NCBI GenBank assembly: GCA_963169695.1 | Contig: CAUJDS010000062.1 | Coordinates: 10,792 to 42,791, forward strand | Origin: Bdellovibrionota bacterium | Lineage (GTDB): Bacteria; Bdellovibrionota; UBA1018; CAUJDS01 | Length of the DNA: 32,000 bases | Direction: 5' to 3' | Part shown: in pieces, positions 1-8,334 of the stretch | Layout: every line of letters starts with the position of its first letter | Numbering within the stretch: position 1 is the first letter of the stretch | Notes under the pieces: generated by a model | Databases searched by the model: none | What the model was told of the DNA's origin: nothing | The model's input: only the letters and a program-made list of their open reading frames with translations | Program-made: the position numbers and the translations under genes

Positions 1-453
1 ATTCTTTCATCCACGCTGTATGGAAGGTATACGGTTCAATTCTCAGACGATGTCGATAGAAGAATCCCCACTTCACCAGGCAGTCTTCTCAGTCCCGATA
101 AAGAGCGCGTGAGCCGTGATCTCGGTGACCAAGTGGCCATGGGATTCGCACTCACTGTTCAGCCGCTTAAAGGATTTTCGATTGGGGCCGGTTATGATTT
201 TCAACACATGAATGCAACGTCCTATTCGGGCGCTCGATTTGCTCCCGAGCGCTATACCTATCTATCTGACCTCTATCCTGCGCAATCCTTGCACACTTTA
301 GTGGTGTCAGCTGGCTATTCGACAGCATCGCTCTATCGCGACGGACTCTTTGCGGTCCCCCTTGAGATTAACTTCAATTACAGCCAAACACTTACCGGAA
401 AAAACATCTATGCCGGCAACGTATTTTCTGGAGAGCTTGCAGTATTCTTCTAA
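1..453 (+). CDS. Outer-membrane beta-barrel protein, C-terminal part (5' end outside window)
   Basis: Frame 1 is open from base 1 to the stop at 451-453; the ORF track starts at GTG 109 only because the upstream part is cut off. The sequence has a strand-like alternating pattern (GFSIGAGYDF, HTLVVSAGYS, LEINFNYSQ). It ends ...GELAVFF, with the C-terminal Phe typical of BAM-assembled OMPs. Confidence 0.55.
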   Translation: MLSSTLYGRYTVQFSDDVDRRIPTSPGSLLSPDKERVSRDLGDQVAMGFALTVQPLKGFSIGAGYDFQHMNATSYSGARFAPERYTYLSDLYPAQSLHTLVVSAGYSTASLYRDGLFAVPLEINFNYSQTLTGKNIYAGNVFSGELAVFF

Positions 454-531
454 TATTCTGACAAGGGCCCTAGTTTTTATTGGAATCGAATAGCATACAC
501 AATTGACATCAAGCTTTTACCAAAGCCGGAT

Positions 532-1953
532 TTATTTTATTCGGTAGACCAAAGAGTGATCAGCAAGAATTTTGAACGGTTTTCCAACAAAACTCTCTAG
601 ATCTTCTCTCATGCTCATTCTTCCGATGGGAAGGTACACAAACTTATAATCTCTCCACACGGATCGAACCTCGTCCATTCGGTCTGTAAGGTACCCTCGG
701 CGACCTATCAAGTTCATAGGTGGAAAATAGCCCCATCCATCCACCACTAGAAAAAGATCCCTTCGACTAGAAAATTCGTCCACTTCTTTGGCAACTTGTC
801 GGACTTCTTCCCATTTCAAAAAACCATTGAGATGGTTGTTTTCCCAAAACCAAGACACCGCTATCAACTGCACTACCAGACAAACCCTAGCTACCTGCAT
901 GGGTAATTCTCTGATAAAAAGCGCACCAAAAATAGTAAGCGGCAAAGCAACAGGCGCGGCATAGTAGGTTTGGTCTTTTTGAACCAGTCCAGCCGCCAAT
1001 AGAAAAACAAAGTTGAGTCCGACCCAGGCCAGTAATGCCAACTTTTCGGGAGTTAACCACCACTTCTTGCGTGACATGGCCTTTTGCTTAAACCATCCAT
1101 ACAAAAGCGCCATTCCACCAGCCAAACCCAACCCATGCAAGACGGTCTTCTTCAACGCATGATAGGAATGTTCTAAGGTTAGCTCGCTCCAGATCATTGC
1201 GAAGTCTCGATGGTAATGATGGGTAACAGGCACTCCGCCATAAATATTTCCGGCGAATTGAATCGTCCAATGCTTCCAAATCCCAACCGCAATCAGTGGC
1301 AGCCCAAATGCAACTACGCAAACACTTACTGCAGCCTTCCAACCATGTTTCTGTATTCCCTTTGTCAGCCAAAGCATCGATACAAATCCCGCGGCACAGG
1401 CTCCCGGTGGCTTTACAAGCGCAGCCAAGGTTAGGACCAGTAGGCATGGAAAAATCCAACGCCAATCTTTCCTAACTGACCAATAACCCCATAGGCAAGA
1501 AAGAGCCAATAAGCCATTCAAGGTAGCTTCCGGCATAATCGCTGTCGCTTGCGTAATCAAAACCGTGTTTACCAGCGCCATCAACCAAAAGTAGCGGTAC
1601 GACTTTGAATCATTGGTCATATCCGATAGCAGACGTCCACCCGCCCAAACCATCAATCCGAAAAAAGCAAAGCTTGTCAGCCGCGCCCAGAACCAGTCTA
1701 TTCCGATAAATTTCATAACAAATGCCGAAGCGGCATTGTAAAACGGAAATTCACTGGGCAGGATCCCGCTGCCAAGGCCACGAAGATCGCAAGCGGGTCG
1801 TAGTATATCAATGCCCTCTTCTACATAATTTCTAATAACGCCGAAAGTGTGTCCATCTCTCCAAATATTCACACCTGCCATAGGTCGCCAGAGGCTCACG
1901 ACCGGCAAAATCATTCCAACAAAAGAAAACAATCCAACAAATAATCGAGTCAT
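532..1953 (-). CDS. Polytopic membrane glycosyltransferase, GT-C fold (ArnT/PMT-like, GT39/GT83-type)
   Basis: The 473-aa ORF has more than 10 predicted hydrophobic helices. Its first periplasmic-loop region (WRDGHTFGVIRNYVEEGIDIL...LPSEFPFYNAASAFVMKF) resembles ArnT/PMT-family proteins. A soluble C-terminal domain follows. Family assignment is by eye only. Confidence 0.5.
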   Translation of the reverse strand: MTRLFVGLFSFVGMILPVVSLWRPMAGVNIWRDGHTFGVIRNYVEEGIDILRPACDLRGLGSGILPSEFPFYNAASAFVMKFIGIDWFWARLTSFAFFGLMVWAGGRLLSDMTNDSKSYRYFWLMALVNTVLITQATAIMPEATLNGLLALSCLWGYWSVRKDWRWIFPCLLVLTLAALVKPPGACAAGFVSMLWLTKGIQKHGWKAAVSVCVVAFGLPLIAVGIWKHWTIQFAGNIYGGVPVTHHYHRDFAMIWSELTLEHSYHALKKTVLHGLGLAGGMALLYGWFKQKAMSRKKWWLTPEKLALLAWVGLNFVFLLAAGLVQKDQTYYAAPVALPLTIFGALFIRELPMQVARVCLVVQLIAVSWFWENNHLNGFLKWEEVRQVAKEVDEFSSRRDLFLVVDGWGYFPPMNLIGRRGYLTDRMDEVRSVWRDYKFVYLPIGRMSMREDLESFVGKPFKILADHSLVYRIK

Positions 1954-2116
1954 AACGCCTCAACCTACCATGAGGGTCGCAATAACCTGAAGTCATCCAA
2001 GAGAAGGGGCCTCTTCTAAGCTAATAACCATTTGCGTTAATTTTCTATGAAGTCCCCAAAGAGTGATCAAGACCCCCTTTGATTTTGATGCCAGGGACTG
2101 CTAACAACAAGAAGAA

Positions 2117-2539
2117 ATGCAACGAGTTAAGCCACAAGCCGATTTCATCAAACAAGGAATCCGATTTGAATGTCAAGGCACTGGGAAGTGTTGCATTTCT
2201 CGCGGATCCTATGGCTTCGTCTATATGACCCTTGAGGACCGACGACGAATGGCGAAACACCTTGGGATGCGGACTTCAGCATTTACTCGAAAGCATTGCA
2301 CTCAAACAGACGGTCATTTCCACTTGAAAGAAGTGGGCCCCGAATGCCAGTTCCTAGAAGGAACCCAATGCGGCATCTATGAAGGACGACCTATCCAATG
2401 CCGAACTTGGCCATTTTGGCCTGAAAACATGAATGCTCGTACGTGGAAGAACAGCATTGCTAAATTCTGTGCCGGTGTTGGCAAGGGCCGGATCCACACT
2501 CGAGAAGAGATTTTAAAAAAATTGAAATTGATGTCGTAG
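2117..2539 (+). CDS. YkgJ-family cysteine-cluster protein (UPF0153, putative Zn/Fe-binding)
   Basis: The N-terminus has FECQGTGKCC. The C-terminal half has ECQFLEGTQCGIYEGRPIQCRTWPFWP. Together these form the characteristic CxxCxxCC...C..C pattern of PF03692 proteins. Confidence 0.8.
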   Translation: MQRVKPQADFIKQGIRFECQGTGKCCISRGSYGFVYMTLEDRRRMAKHLGMRTSAFTRKHCTQTDGHFHLKEVGPECQFLEGTQCGIYEGRPIQCRTWPFWPENMNARTWKNSIAKFCAGVGKGRIHTREEILKKLKLMS

Positions 2540-2664
2540 TTTATTTCAAAAATATTGCGCGTATTGGAATTCACCTGAGCGATGAAAATGCGCAAAAAGG
2601 TGGTCTCAAAGACAAGAGATGCGTCATGGAGGCGCGACAGCAAGGTCCTCTTTCCGTATTCTCA

Positions 2665-3192
2665 TTAAATCACGTGATTCGGTGGCTCGAGTAAATCTTC
2701 GAGAAAAAAAGCAGAAAGCTCCGTGCGGCCAGATAGGCCCGACTTTTGATAGACTGCGTAGGCCTGCTGACGAGCACTCCCTTCAGAAGTACTCCGGACT
2801 GATGCGATTTCTTTATGGGACAGTCCTTTGAGGAGAAGAAGCGCGACTTCTTTTTCAGCTGGCGAAAGGGACCAGCGATCGAGTTGAGTATCGATCATTC
2901 GAGATAGGCCCTCGACGAGTCTGGCAGAATCCGTTTTCCAAATCAGTGCGTCTTTTGAAACCCGCTCGACTTCACTCTTGAGCGAGCGGACTTCGCTTTT
3001 AGCGCGCCTGAATCCGAGACTGAGAGCAATGGCTCCCAAAAAGGATCCGGATGCGAGCACCCCCTCCAACATGAGGTGAGCCATTGACGTATTCGTGCGG
3101 GAGTCGCTCCAAATATCGCCAGCGGCCGCGAGTCCTACAAAAAATAGAATCAAACTAGAAATCACCCGTTCAGTGGGTCGCAAACGCTGCAA
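2665..3192 (-). CDS. Membrane-anchored LuxR/GerE-family HTH transcriptional regulator
   Basis: The N-terminus has two hydrophobic helices (VISSLILFFVGLAAAG; LEGVLASGSFLGAIALSLGF), followed by a linker. The C-terminus has a LuxR-type HTH (LSPAEKEVALLLLKGLSHKEIASVRSTSEGSARQQAYAVYQKSGLSGRTEL). Confidence 0.7.
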   Translation of the reverse strand: MQRLRPTERVISSLILFFVGLAAAGDIWSDSRTNTSMAHLMLEGVLASGSFLGAIALSLGFRRAKSEVRSLKSEVERVSKDALIWKTDSARLVEGLSRMIDTQLDRWSLSPAEKEVALLLLKGLSHKEIASVRSTSEGSARQQAYAVYQKSGLSGRTELSAFFLEDLLEPPNHVI

Positions 3193-3222
3193 TACGTCTT
3201 AATCTACTACGCGACTGGGGTA

Positions 3223-3666
3223 ATGCGCAAAAGCGATGAAATGAAGCGATTTGCCTATTTCTTCACGGTCGCCATAGCGCTACTCGCCATACCGACTTTC
3301 CTTACTGGAGAGCCGGCTGAAAAACTTGTCGAACACCTTCCAGGCGTCGCTGAATCCCTCATCGAAAACCACGAGGAGGCCGCCCAGATTTCTCTCGTTT
3401 TAGTCCTACTCGCAGGAGCATTAGGAGGAATTAAGCTGCTGGTTCGTTGGGAAGGAATCAACCGTGTGACCTCGATAGGATTCGGGATCGCACTCGTCGT
3501 CTCCGCCATCTCGCTCGGGTACACCGCAAACCTCGGCGGCGAAATTCGGCATACCGAGATTCGGGCTAACGCGAACGGAGCCCAAAGCTTGAACGCCGAA
3601 TCAAAGGATAATAACGAATCGAACGAAGTGGGGAAAGAAGGCACGAAAGAAGATAGCGATGATTGA
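3223..3666 (+). CDS. Hypothetical integral membrane protein with acidic C-terminal tail
   Basis: The 147-aa ORF has three hydrophobic segments and a GGEIRHTEIR motif. It ends in a low-complexity acidic tail (NNESNEVGKEGTKEDSDD). It is divergent from the LuxR-like gene with a 30-bp gap. An alternative start lies at ATG 3241. Confidence 0.5.
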   Translation: MRKSDEMKRFAYFFTVAIALLAIPTFLTGEPAEKLVEHLPGVAESLIENHEEAAQISLVLVLLAGALGGIKLLVRWEGINRVTSIGFGIALVVSAISLGYTANLGGEIRHTEIRANANGAQSLNAESKDNNESNEVGKEGTKEDSDD

Positions 3667-3704
3667 CGTTGATTTAAACGAGTACTTTGGACACTCAGGC
3701 TAAC

Positions 3705-3733
3705 CGCAGCGGACGCTGCGTTCGAGATTTTTT
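3705..3733 (+). terminator. Weak candidate intrinsic terminator after 3223..3666
   Basis: A GC-rich 6-bp stem pairs cgcagc (3705-3710) with gctgcg (3715-3720) around a ggac loop. A T6 run lies at 3728-3733 but is separated from the stem by 7 nt, which is not ideal. Confidence 0.3.
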
Positions 3734-3747
3734 CCATCAGGCAAAAA

Positions 3748-3769
3748 TTGGCGTCCCCACGGGGATTCG
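3748..3769 (-). repeat. 22-bp duplicate of the 3' end of tRNA-Glu (att-like fragment)
   Basis: ttggcgtccccacggggattcg at 3748-3769 is identical to 3940-3961, which is the CCA end, acceptor 3' strand and half of the T-arm of the tRNA at 3941..4016. Similarity stops abruptly on both sides. Confidence 0.85.
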
Positions 3770-3897
3770 CAATCTGACTCCTTCGCGCTCACACTCAGTC
3801 CTCAAATTGCCGCTTCGGATTGCTTTCGCTCGCCTCACGCTCGCTCTGCGTGCACTGCACGCCGCAATCTTCAGTGGTTCGAATCCAGTGACACCCC

Positions 3898-3936
3898 AAA
3901 AAATAAAAAAGCCCAACCTTTCAGTTGGGCTTTTTT
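3898..3936. terminator. Bidirectional rho-independent terminator immediately downstream of tRNA-Glu
   Basis: The stem pairs gcccaac (3911-3917) with gttgggc (3924-3930) around a ctttca loop. It is flanked by an A-rich run at 3898-3910 and a T6 run at 3931-3936. A hairpin plus U-tract therefore forms on either strand. Confidence 0.75.
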
Positions 3937-3940
3937 ATTT

Positions 3941-4016
3941 TGGCGTCCCCACGGGGATTCGAACCCCGGTTACTGCCGTGAAAAGGCGGTGTCCTAGGCC
4001 TCTAGACGATGGGGAC
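3941..4016 (-). tRNA. tRNA-Glu: tRNA-Glu (anticodon UUC), 76 nt with encoded CCA
   Basis: The reverse complement reads GTCCCCATCGTCTAGAGGCCTAGGACACCGCCTTTTCACGGCAGTAACCGGGGTTCGAATCCCCGTGGGGACGCCA. The acceptor stem is GTCCCCA/TGGGGAC and the T-arm is CGGGG-TTCGAAT-CCCCG. The anticodon loop TTTTCAC gives UUC. It is near-colinear with E. coli tRNA-Glu, with one C-A mismatch in the anticodon stem. Confidence 0.92.
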
Positions 4017-4275
4017 GCATATTGTAAAAGTAGAAGCGGACTTCACGATTAGCGTTTCATCGCCACCTTTTCAACTCAAAAACACCCAACATCCACGAAG
4101 GTTTGCGAATGACTATGCGAGTCATGCACGGAACCTTGCTGAGCGGGAGAATTGATAGCACTATCCCCTTATGTCATCATCCATATTGAGCGAAAAAGGT
4201 TAGTCCAAGGAAGAAATTGAAGCCCTCGAGATTGCAGAGGACGCCCGAGAAGTAGATTGGAACGAACCCAGCCTG

Positions 4276-6033
4276 GTGGCTGACCTCTTTATGGGGAAGG
4301 TCCAAAGCCATGCGCTGCTGAACTTCCCGGTTCAAGATCCTACCGATAAGAAGGAAGGCGAGGCGTTCCTAGTCAAACTACAGAAGGTATTGGATCAACA
4401 CATCGATGCAGAAGCCATCGACCTGACGGGAGAAATCCCTGCTGCTGGCATTGAAGCATTGAAGAAACTGGGCGCATTTGGAATCAAGATCCCCAAGGAG
4501 TACGGCGGCCTCGGGATGTCGCAGGTCAACTACTGCCGCGCCCTCGAAGTCACCGCTGCACATTGCGTTTCAACCGCGGTTCTCTTATCTGCTCACCAAA
4601 GCATTGGTGTACCGGTACCGCTGAAGATGTTTGGTACCCCGGAGCAAAAGAAGAAATACCTTCCGCGCCTAGCCGCCGGTGAGATTTCAGCCTTTGCGTT
4701 GACGGAGCCCGACGTCGGATCCGATCCGGCCAAAATGACAACGACTGCGACACTAACTCCCGACGGAAAGCACTATATTCTCAACGGCAAAAAGCTTTGG
4801 TGCACTAACGGTGTTATTGCGGATATTTTGGTTGTGATGGCCCAGACCGCAGCCAAAGTTGAAAAAGGCCGCGAGAAGAAACAAATTTCTGCCTTCATAT
4901 TAGAAACCAAAGGCGCCGAGGGATTCAAGGTCCTCCACCGTTGCAAGTTCATGGGCTTGAACGGAATCCAAAACGGTCTCTTAGAGTTTAAGAACGTCAA
5001 AATCCCTCGCGAGAACCTACTAGGCCAGGAAGGGAAAGGACTTAAGCTTGCTTTGTCGACACTCAACCAAGGCAGACTCAGTTTGCCCGCAAGCGCGGTG
5101 GGCTGGGTTCGTAAGTGCCTGACTTGGAGCCGCGAATGGGGCAACGAACGCGTGCAATGGGGAGCACCCATTGGACAACATGAGGCGGGCTCCTCCAAAT
5201 TGGCTTCCATTGCTGCTGACCTCTATGCAGTAGATGCTATGACAACACTAGCCTCCCTTTGGGTAGATCACAAAAAGCGCGACATTCGACTCGAAGCCGC
5301 GATGTGCAAACTCTTTGGTAGCGTAAAGTCCCACGAAGCAGCAGAGCTTGCGCTCCAGCTACGTGGCGGACGAGGTTATGAAACCAGTGCCTCCCTTAAG
5401 GCGAGGGGCGAAAAAGGCATTCCTGTAGAGCGAGTCGTACGCGACTCCCGCATTAATCAAATCATCGAAGGTACGACCGAAGTGATGGGGTTGTTTATTT
5501 CCCGCGAAGCATTGGATCGCCATCTGCAAATTGCTGGCGATGTTATCAACCCTAAGGCTCCTATCGGAAAGAAACTCTCTGGTCTCGTGCGTTCCATCGG
5601 ATTCTATTCACTCTGGTATCCAAGGCAATGGATTAGTTTTCCGGTATGGTTTCGATTTTGGGGAATGGGAAAGTTGGGTTGCCACTTTCGCTATTTGCAT
5701 TGCACTTCTAAACGCCTCGCAAGAACCACGTTTCATTTGATGGCATTGAATGGTCCAGGACTTGAGCGCAAACAAATTCAGCTAATGCGCCTTGTCTGGA
5801 TCGCGACCGAACTCTTTGCAATGGGTGCTGCGATTGGACGTGCAACAGCAGGCAAGAAGTTCGGTGAAAATGGTAGTGAAGCAGTAATGCTGGCAGATTC
5901 TTTTTGCCAGGAAGCTCGAATTCGAATTCGACAACATTTTCAGGGAATCTATTGCAATAGCGACAGCGTGAAGCGTAAGTTGGGTCTGCAAGTGCTTAAG
6001 GGCCAACAAAAGTGGCTTGAGTCGAGCTTCTAA
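4276..6033 (+). CDS. Acyl-CoA dehydrogenase family protein (long VLCAD/ACAD9-like form with C-terminal extension)
   Basis: ACAD motifs are present: ALTEPDVGSDPAKM, KLWCTNG, and QLRGGRGYE...RINQIIEGTTEVM. The N-terminal LFMGKVQSHALLNFP resembles the VLCAD-type N-terminus. The ORF-track start is GTG 4276. Coding-like sequence continues upstream to ATG 4171 but is interrupted by TAG 4201 (see findings). Confidence 0.9.
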   Translation: MADLFMGKVQSHALLNFPVQDPTDKKEGEAFLVKLQKVLDQHIDAEAIDLTGEIPAAGIEALKKLGAFGIKIPKEYGGLGMSQVNYCRALEVTAAHCVSTAVLLSAHQSIGVPVPLKMFGTPEQKKKYLPRLAAGEISAFALTEPDVGSDPAKMTTTATLTPDGKHYILNGKKLWCTNGVIADILVVMAQTAAKVEKGREKKQISAFILETKGAEGFKVLHRCKFMGLNGIQNGLLEFKNVKIPRENLLGQEGKGLKLALSTLNQGRLSLPASAVGWVRKCLTWSREWGNERVQWGAPIGQHEAGSSKLASIAADLYAVDAMTTLASLWVDHKKRDIRLEAAMCKLFGSVKSHEAAELALQLRGGRGYETSASLKARGEKGIPVERVVRDSRINQIIEGTTEVMGLFISREALDRHLQIAGDVINPKAPIGKKLSGLVRSIGFYSLWYPRQWISFPVWFRFWGMGKLGCHFRYLHCTSKRLARTTFHLMALNGPGLERKQIQLMRLVWIATELFAMGAAIGRATAGKKFGENGSEAVMLADSFCQEARIRIRQHFQGIYCNSDSVKRKLGLQVLKGQQKWLESSF

Positions 6034-6051
6034 AAAACCTAAAGGTCGCAA

Positions 6052-6801
6052 ATGCTCTGGTTATTCATTGGACTGACATCAGGACTCGTACTGGGTCTTA
6101 CTGGAGCCGGCGGCGCGATTGTTTCGGTTCCGCTCTTTATGCATGTCCTTGGCAAGACTTTTCGTGAAAGCACGATCCTTGGACTTTTTGCCACGCTTTT
6201 TGGAGCAGTCTTTAGCTGGGCCATACAGCGCAAAGAAACTGACGTACGAAAGTCTCTGACCTTTGCCGCTTTTGCGTTGGTAGGTTCGAAGGCTTTTTCG
6301 TTGATCAAACCGCACCTTCCAGAAGGTTGGATTCGTGGACTCTTTGCCTACCTCTGCATCCACGCACTATGGGAGCTTTGGAGAAAGAAGCGTCGTAAAG
6401 CGAAAGCAACCGTCACGGATGCTTCAGCATCCAAAATGTTGGTGATCTACGGCCTTACGGGATTTGGGCTTGGAGGACTAACGGTACTTACCGGACTTGG
6501 AGGAGGCGTGATCCTCATCCCGGCTCTGACCAACTACTTTGGAATGGCCCTAACGCAAGCCGTACCCACAACCCTACTCACCGTTATTCTATCCACAATG
6601 TCTTCCCTGCTTTGGCAAAGAGGACAATGGGTTGGCCAAGTCCATACCAATGAACTCCTTGGCCTTGCCGGTGGATGTATCCTAGCAGCATGGGGAGTTC
6701 GACAAATACTCAAACACGCGCCAGAATCCTTTGCCCAATTGCTACGGCGATGGACACTTTCGCTTTTACTCGTGGGTTGCCTAATCAGTATCTTGAATTG
6801 A
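6052..6801 (+). CDS. Sulfite exporter TauE/SafE family membrane protein
   Basis: The 249-aa protein has about 8 TM segments and an internal duplication. Gly-rich motifs LGLTGAGGAIVSVPL and LTGLGGGVILIPAL are typical of DUF81/TauE. Confidence 0.85.
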   Translation: MLWLFIGLTSGLVLGLTGAGGAIVSVPLFMHVLGKTFRESTILGLFATLFGAVFSWAIQRKETDVRKSLTFAAFALVGSKAFSLIKPHLPEGWIRGLFAYLCIHALWELWRKKRRKAKATVTDASASKMLVIYGLTGFGLGGLTVLTGLGGGVILIPALTNYFGMALTQAVPTTLLTVILSTMSSLLWQRGQWVGQVHTNELLGLAGGCILAAWGVRQILKHAPESFAQLLRRWTLSLLLVGCLISILN

Positions 6802-6806
6802 GAATC

Positions 6807-7064
6807 CTAGGCCTTGAGGGCATCTAATCCACCCGAAGCCTGATCAAGGTCACTGAGCTGATCATAGCCACCAATCAATTTATCGCCGTGAAATATTTGG
6901 GGGAACGTTTTCATTTTGGACTGCTGATACAGCTTATCTCGCATATCGTCGTCATCACGAGAAACCTCGATCTCTTCAAACGGTACGCCTCTTTGCTTTA
7001 AAAGGGCTTTGGCTCTCAAGCAATAGGGACAAGGATTCAAAGTGTAGACTTGAACTTTTGGCAT
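6807..7064 (-). CDS. grxC: Glutaredoxin 3 (dithiol, CPYC)
   Basis: The 85-aa protein has VQVYTLNPCPYCLRAKALL with a CPYC active site. It also has TFPQIF and GGYDQL motifs. Confidence 0.9.
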   Translation of the reverse strand: MPKVQVYTLNPCPYCLRAKALLKQRGVPFEEIEVSRDDDDMRDKLYQQSKMKTFPQIFHGDKLIGGYDQLSDLDQASGGLDALKA

Positions 7065-7082
7065 AAGCCCTTCCTTTTCAAA

Positions 7083-8300
7083 TTATTTTTGGAGCTGTTG
7101 TATCTTCACAGACTTCTCAGCAATCGAAAGCCCTGTCTTACCAGAGAGAAACTCAAGCAATTGTCGTCCTACCAATTTTGCAGCGGTAGGTGCCAGGTAA
7201 TTTTCACTGATTAAATCTTCCACGGTCCGAATTTCTGATCGCAACAATCGCAGAATCTGGTCGGATTGCATCAGGTGACGAGAGGCCAATTCACTTTGGT
7301 CCGCCAGGATCCCGAGATAACACTTCAACAGATCCATCACCTGAGATTCATTCTTAGAGGGAGGGGGATTGCGATGAAGCTCGGGAGCCTGATCACGCGG
7401 CTCCTTTTGACCCTCAAGGATTGCACGAAAAATGGAAGGACCAGAGTTCTTCATCTCGCCGCGATTGATTCCTCGAAAAGTCTTGAGATGATCATCGGTT
7501 GTCGGTTGGACCCGAGTTAGGTCCAAGAGGATGCTATCAGCGGCAAGCCACTTCCTAGGAATATTCAATTCGCGGACGCGTGTCTCTCGCCACTGAACTA
7601 AGCGATGAAGAATTCCAAAATCCTTGGGATGAACTTTTCCGGACCGATACAAGCGGATCGCAATTTCTTCGGGAGACACTTCGAATTGATTGCCATCTTC
7701 GTATTCACCACATAGCTCCAATGCCCAATCGAGCCTGTCTCGCGTACGAAGTTCGTTCATCAATTTTTCTGCAACGTCCACCAAATAGGCGACATCACCC
7801 AGCGCGTATTCACAGAGGTGATTCGGCAAGGGACGCTGGGCCCAATTGGTTCGAGCATGGCCTTTTTTGATGGTTACACCAATCACGGTTTTGAGGAGAC
7901 TACCCAAGCCAATTCCATCTCCATAGCCGCAAAGCGCAGCACCAACTGCTGTATCAAATGTCCCTTTCGCAGTGGTCCCAAATGCGGTGTAAATGCATTC
8001 CTGATCTCCTTGAGCCGCGTGGAGGATTTTTAAAATAGAGGGGTCTTCAAATAATTCAATGAGTGGTTTTAGCGCGTCAAGAGCAGCGCGGTTCATTTGG
8101 GCGGGGCGAGCATCGACCAGCCAGGATTCTGAGCGGGTAGCAACCTGGATCAGCTCAAGCTGGGGGTAGAACGTCGTCTCGCGAATAAATTCTGTGTCAA
8201 AAGAGATGAGCTTCTCTTGCCTAAGGCGATCCACCAGCTGTTGAATCTCTTCTTGCGTATGGAGCAGCTCGAAATGATAGACTTTCTCTTCCGTGGACAT
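7083..8300 (-). CDS. rnd: Ribonuclease D (DEDD 3'-5' exonuclease plus HRDC)
   Basis: ISFDTEFIRETTFYPQLELIQVAT is exo motif I, HAAQGDQE is exo motif II, and YALGDVAYL is exo motif III. An HRDC-like C-terminal part follows. The gene lies 18 bp upstream of grxC on the same strand. Confidence 0.85.
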   Translation of the reverse strand: MSTEEKVYHFELLHTQEEIQQLVDRLRQEKLISFDTEFIRETTFYPQLELIQVATRSESWLVDARPAQMNRAALDALKPLIELFEDPSILKILHAAQGDQECIYTAFGTTAKGTFDTAVGAALCGYGDGIGLGSLLKTVIGVTIKKGHARTNWAQRPLPNHLCEYALGDVAYLVDVAEKLMNELRTRDRLDWALELCGEYEDGNQFEVSPEEIAIRLYRSGKVHPKDFGILHRLVQWRETRVRELNIPRKWLAADSILLDLTRVQPTTDDHLKTFRGINRGEMKNSGPSIFRAILEGQKEPRDQAPELHRNPPPSKNESQVMDLLKCYLGILADQSELASRHLMQSDQILRLLRSEIRTVEDLISENYLAPTAAKLVGRQLLEFLSGKTGLSIAEKSVKIQQLQK

Positions 8301-8334
8301 CCTGCTCCAGTGTTAACAGCGGAGCGGTTGAGAT

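Noticed and set aside
2617-2630. Extra occurrences of repeat-derived short words: gatgcgtcat at 2620-2629, tttgatgcg (reverse complement) near 25074-25082, and taaacgagtac at 3675-3685
   Set aside because: Only 9-11 nt match and the flanks show no similarity. Querying about 100 nt of repeat against both strands of 32 kb, I expect about one chance 11-mer hit. This is not evidence for further element copies.
3749-3897. Possible tmRNA or second tRNA (GGGG..., GGTTCGAATCC T-loop-like sequence at 3876-3886)
   Set aside because: The T-stem has a G-G mismatch, and there is no complementary acceptor 5' strand (GGGTGTC is absent). The region is far too short for tmRNA. Only the last 22 nt match tRNA-Glu.
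3687-4052. 121-aa + strand ORF from the track
   Set aside because: It runs through the tRNA-fragment repeat, the bidirectional terminator and the antisense of tRNA-Glu. It has no SD and no protein-like features, so I treat it as spurious.
4773-5210. 145-aa minus-strand ORF
   Set aside because: It is antisense to the acyl-CoA dehydrogenase gene and shows no independent signals.
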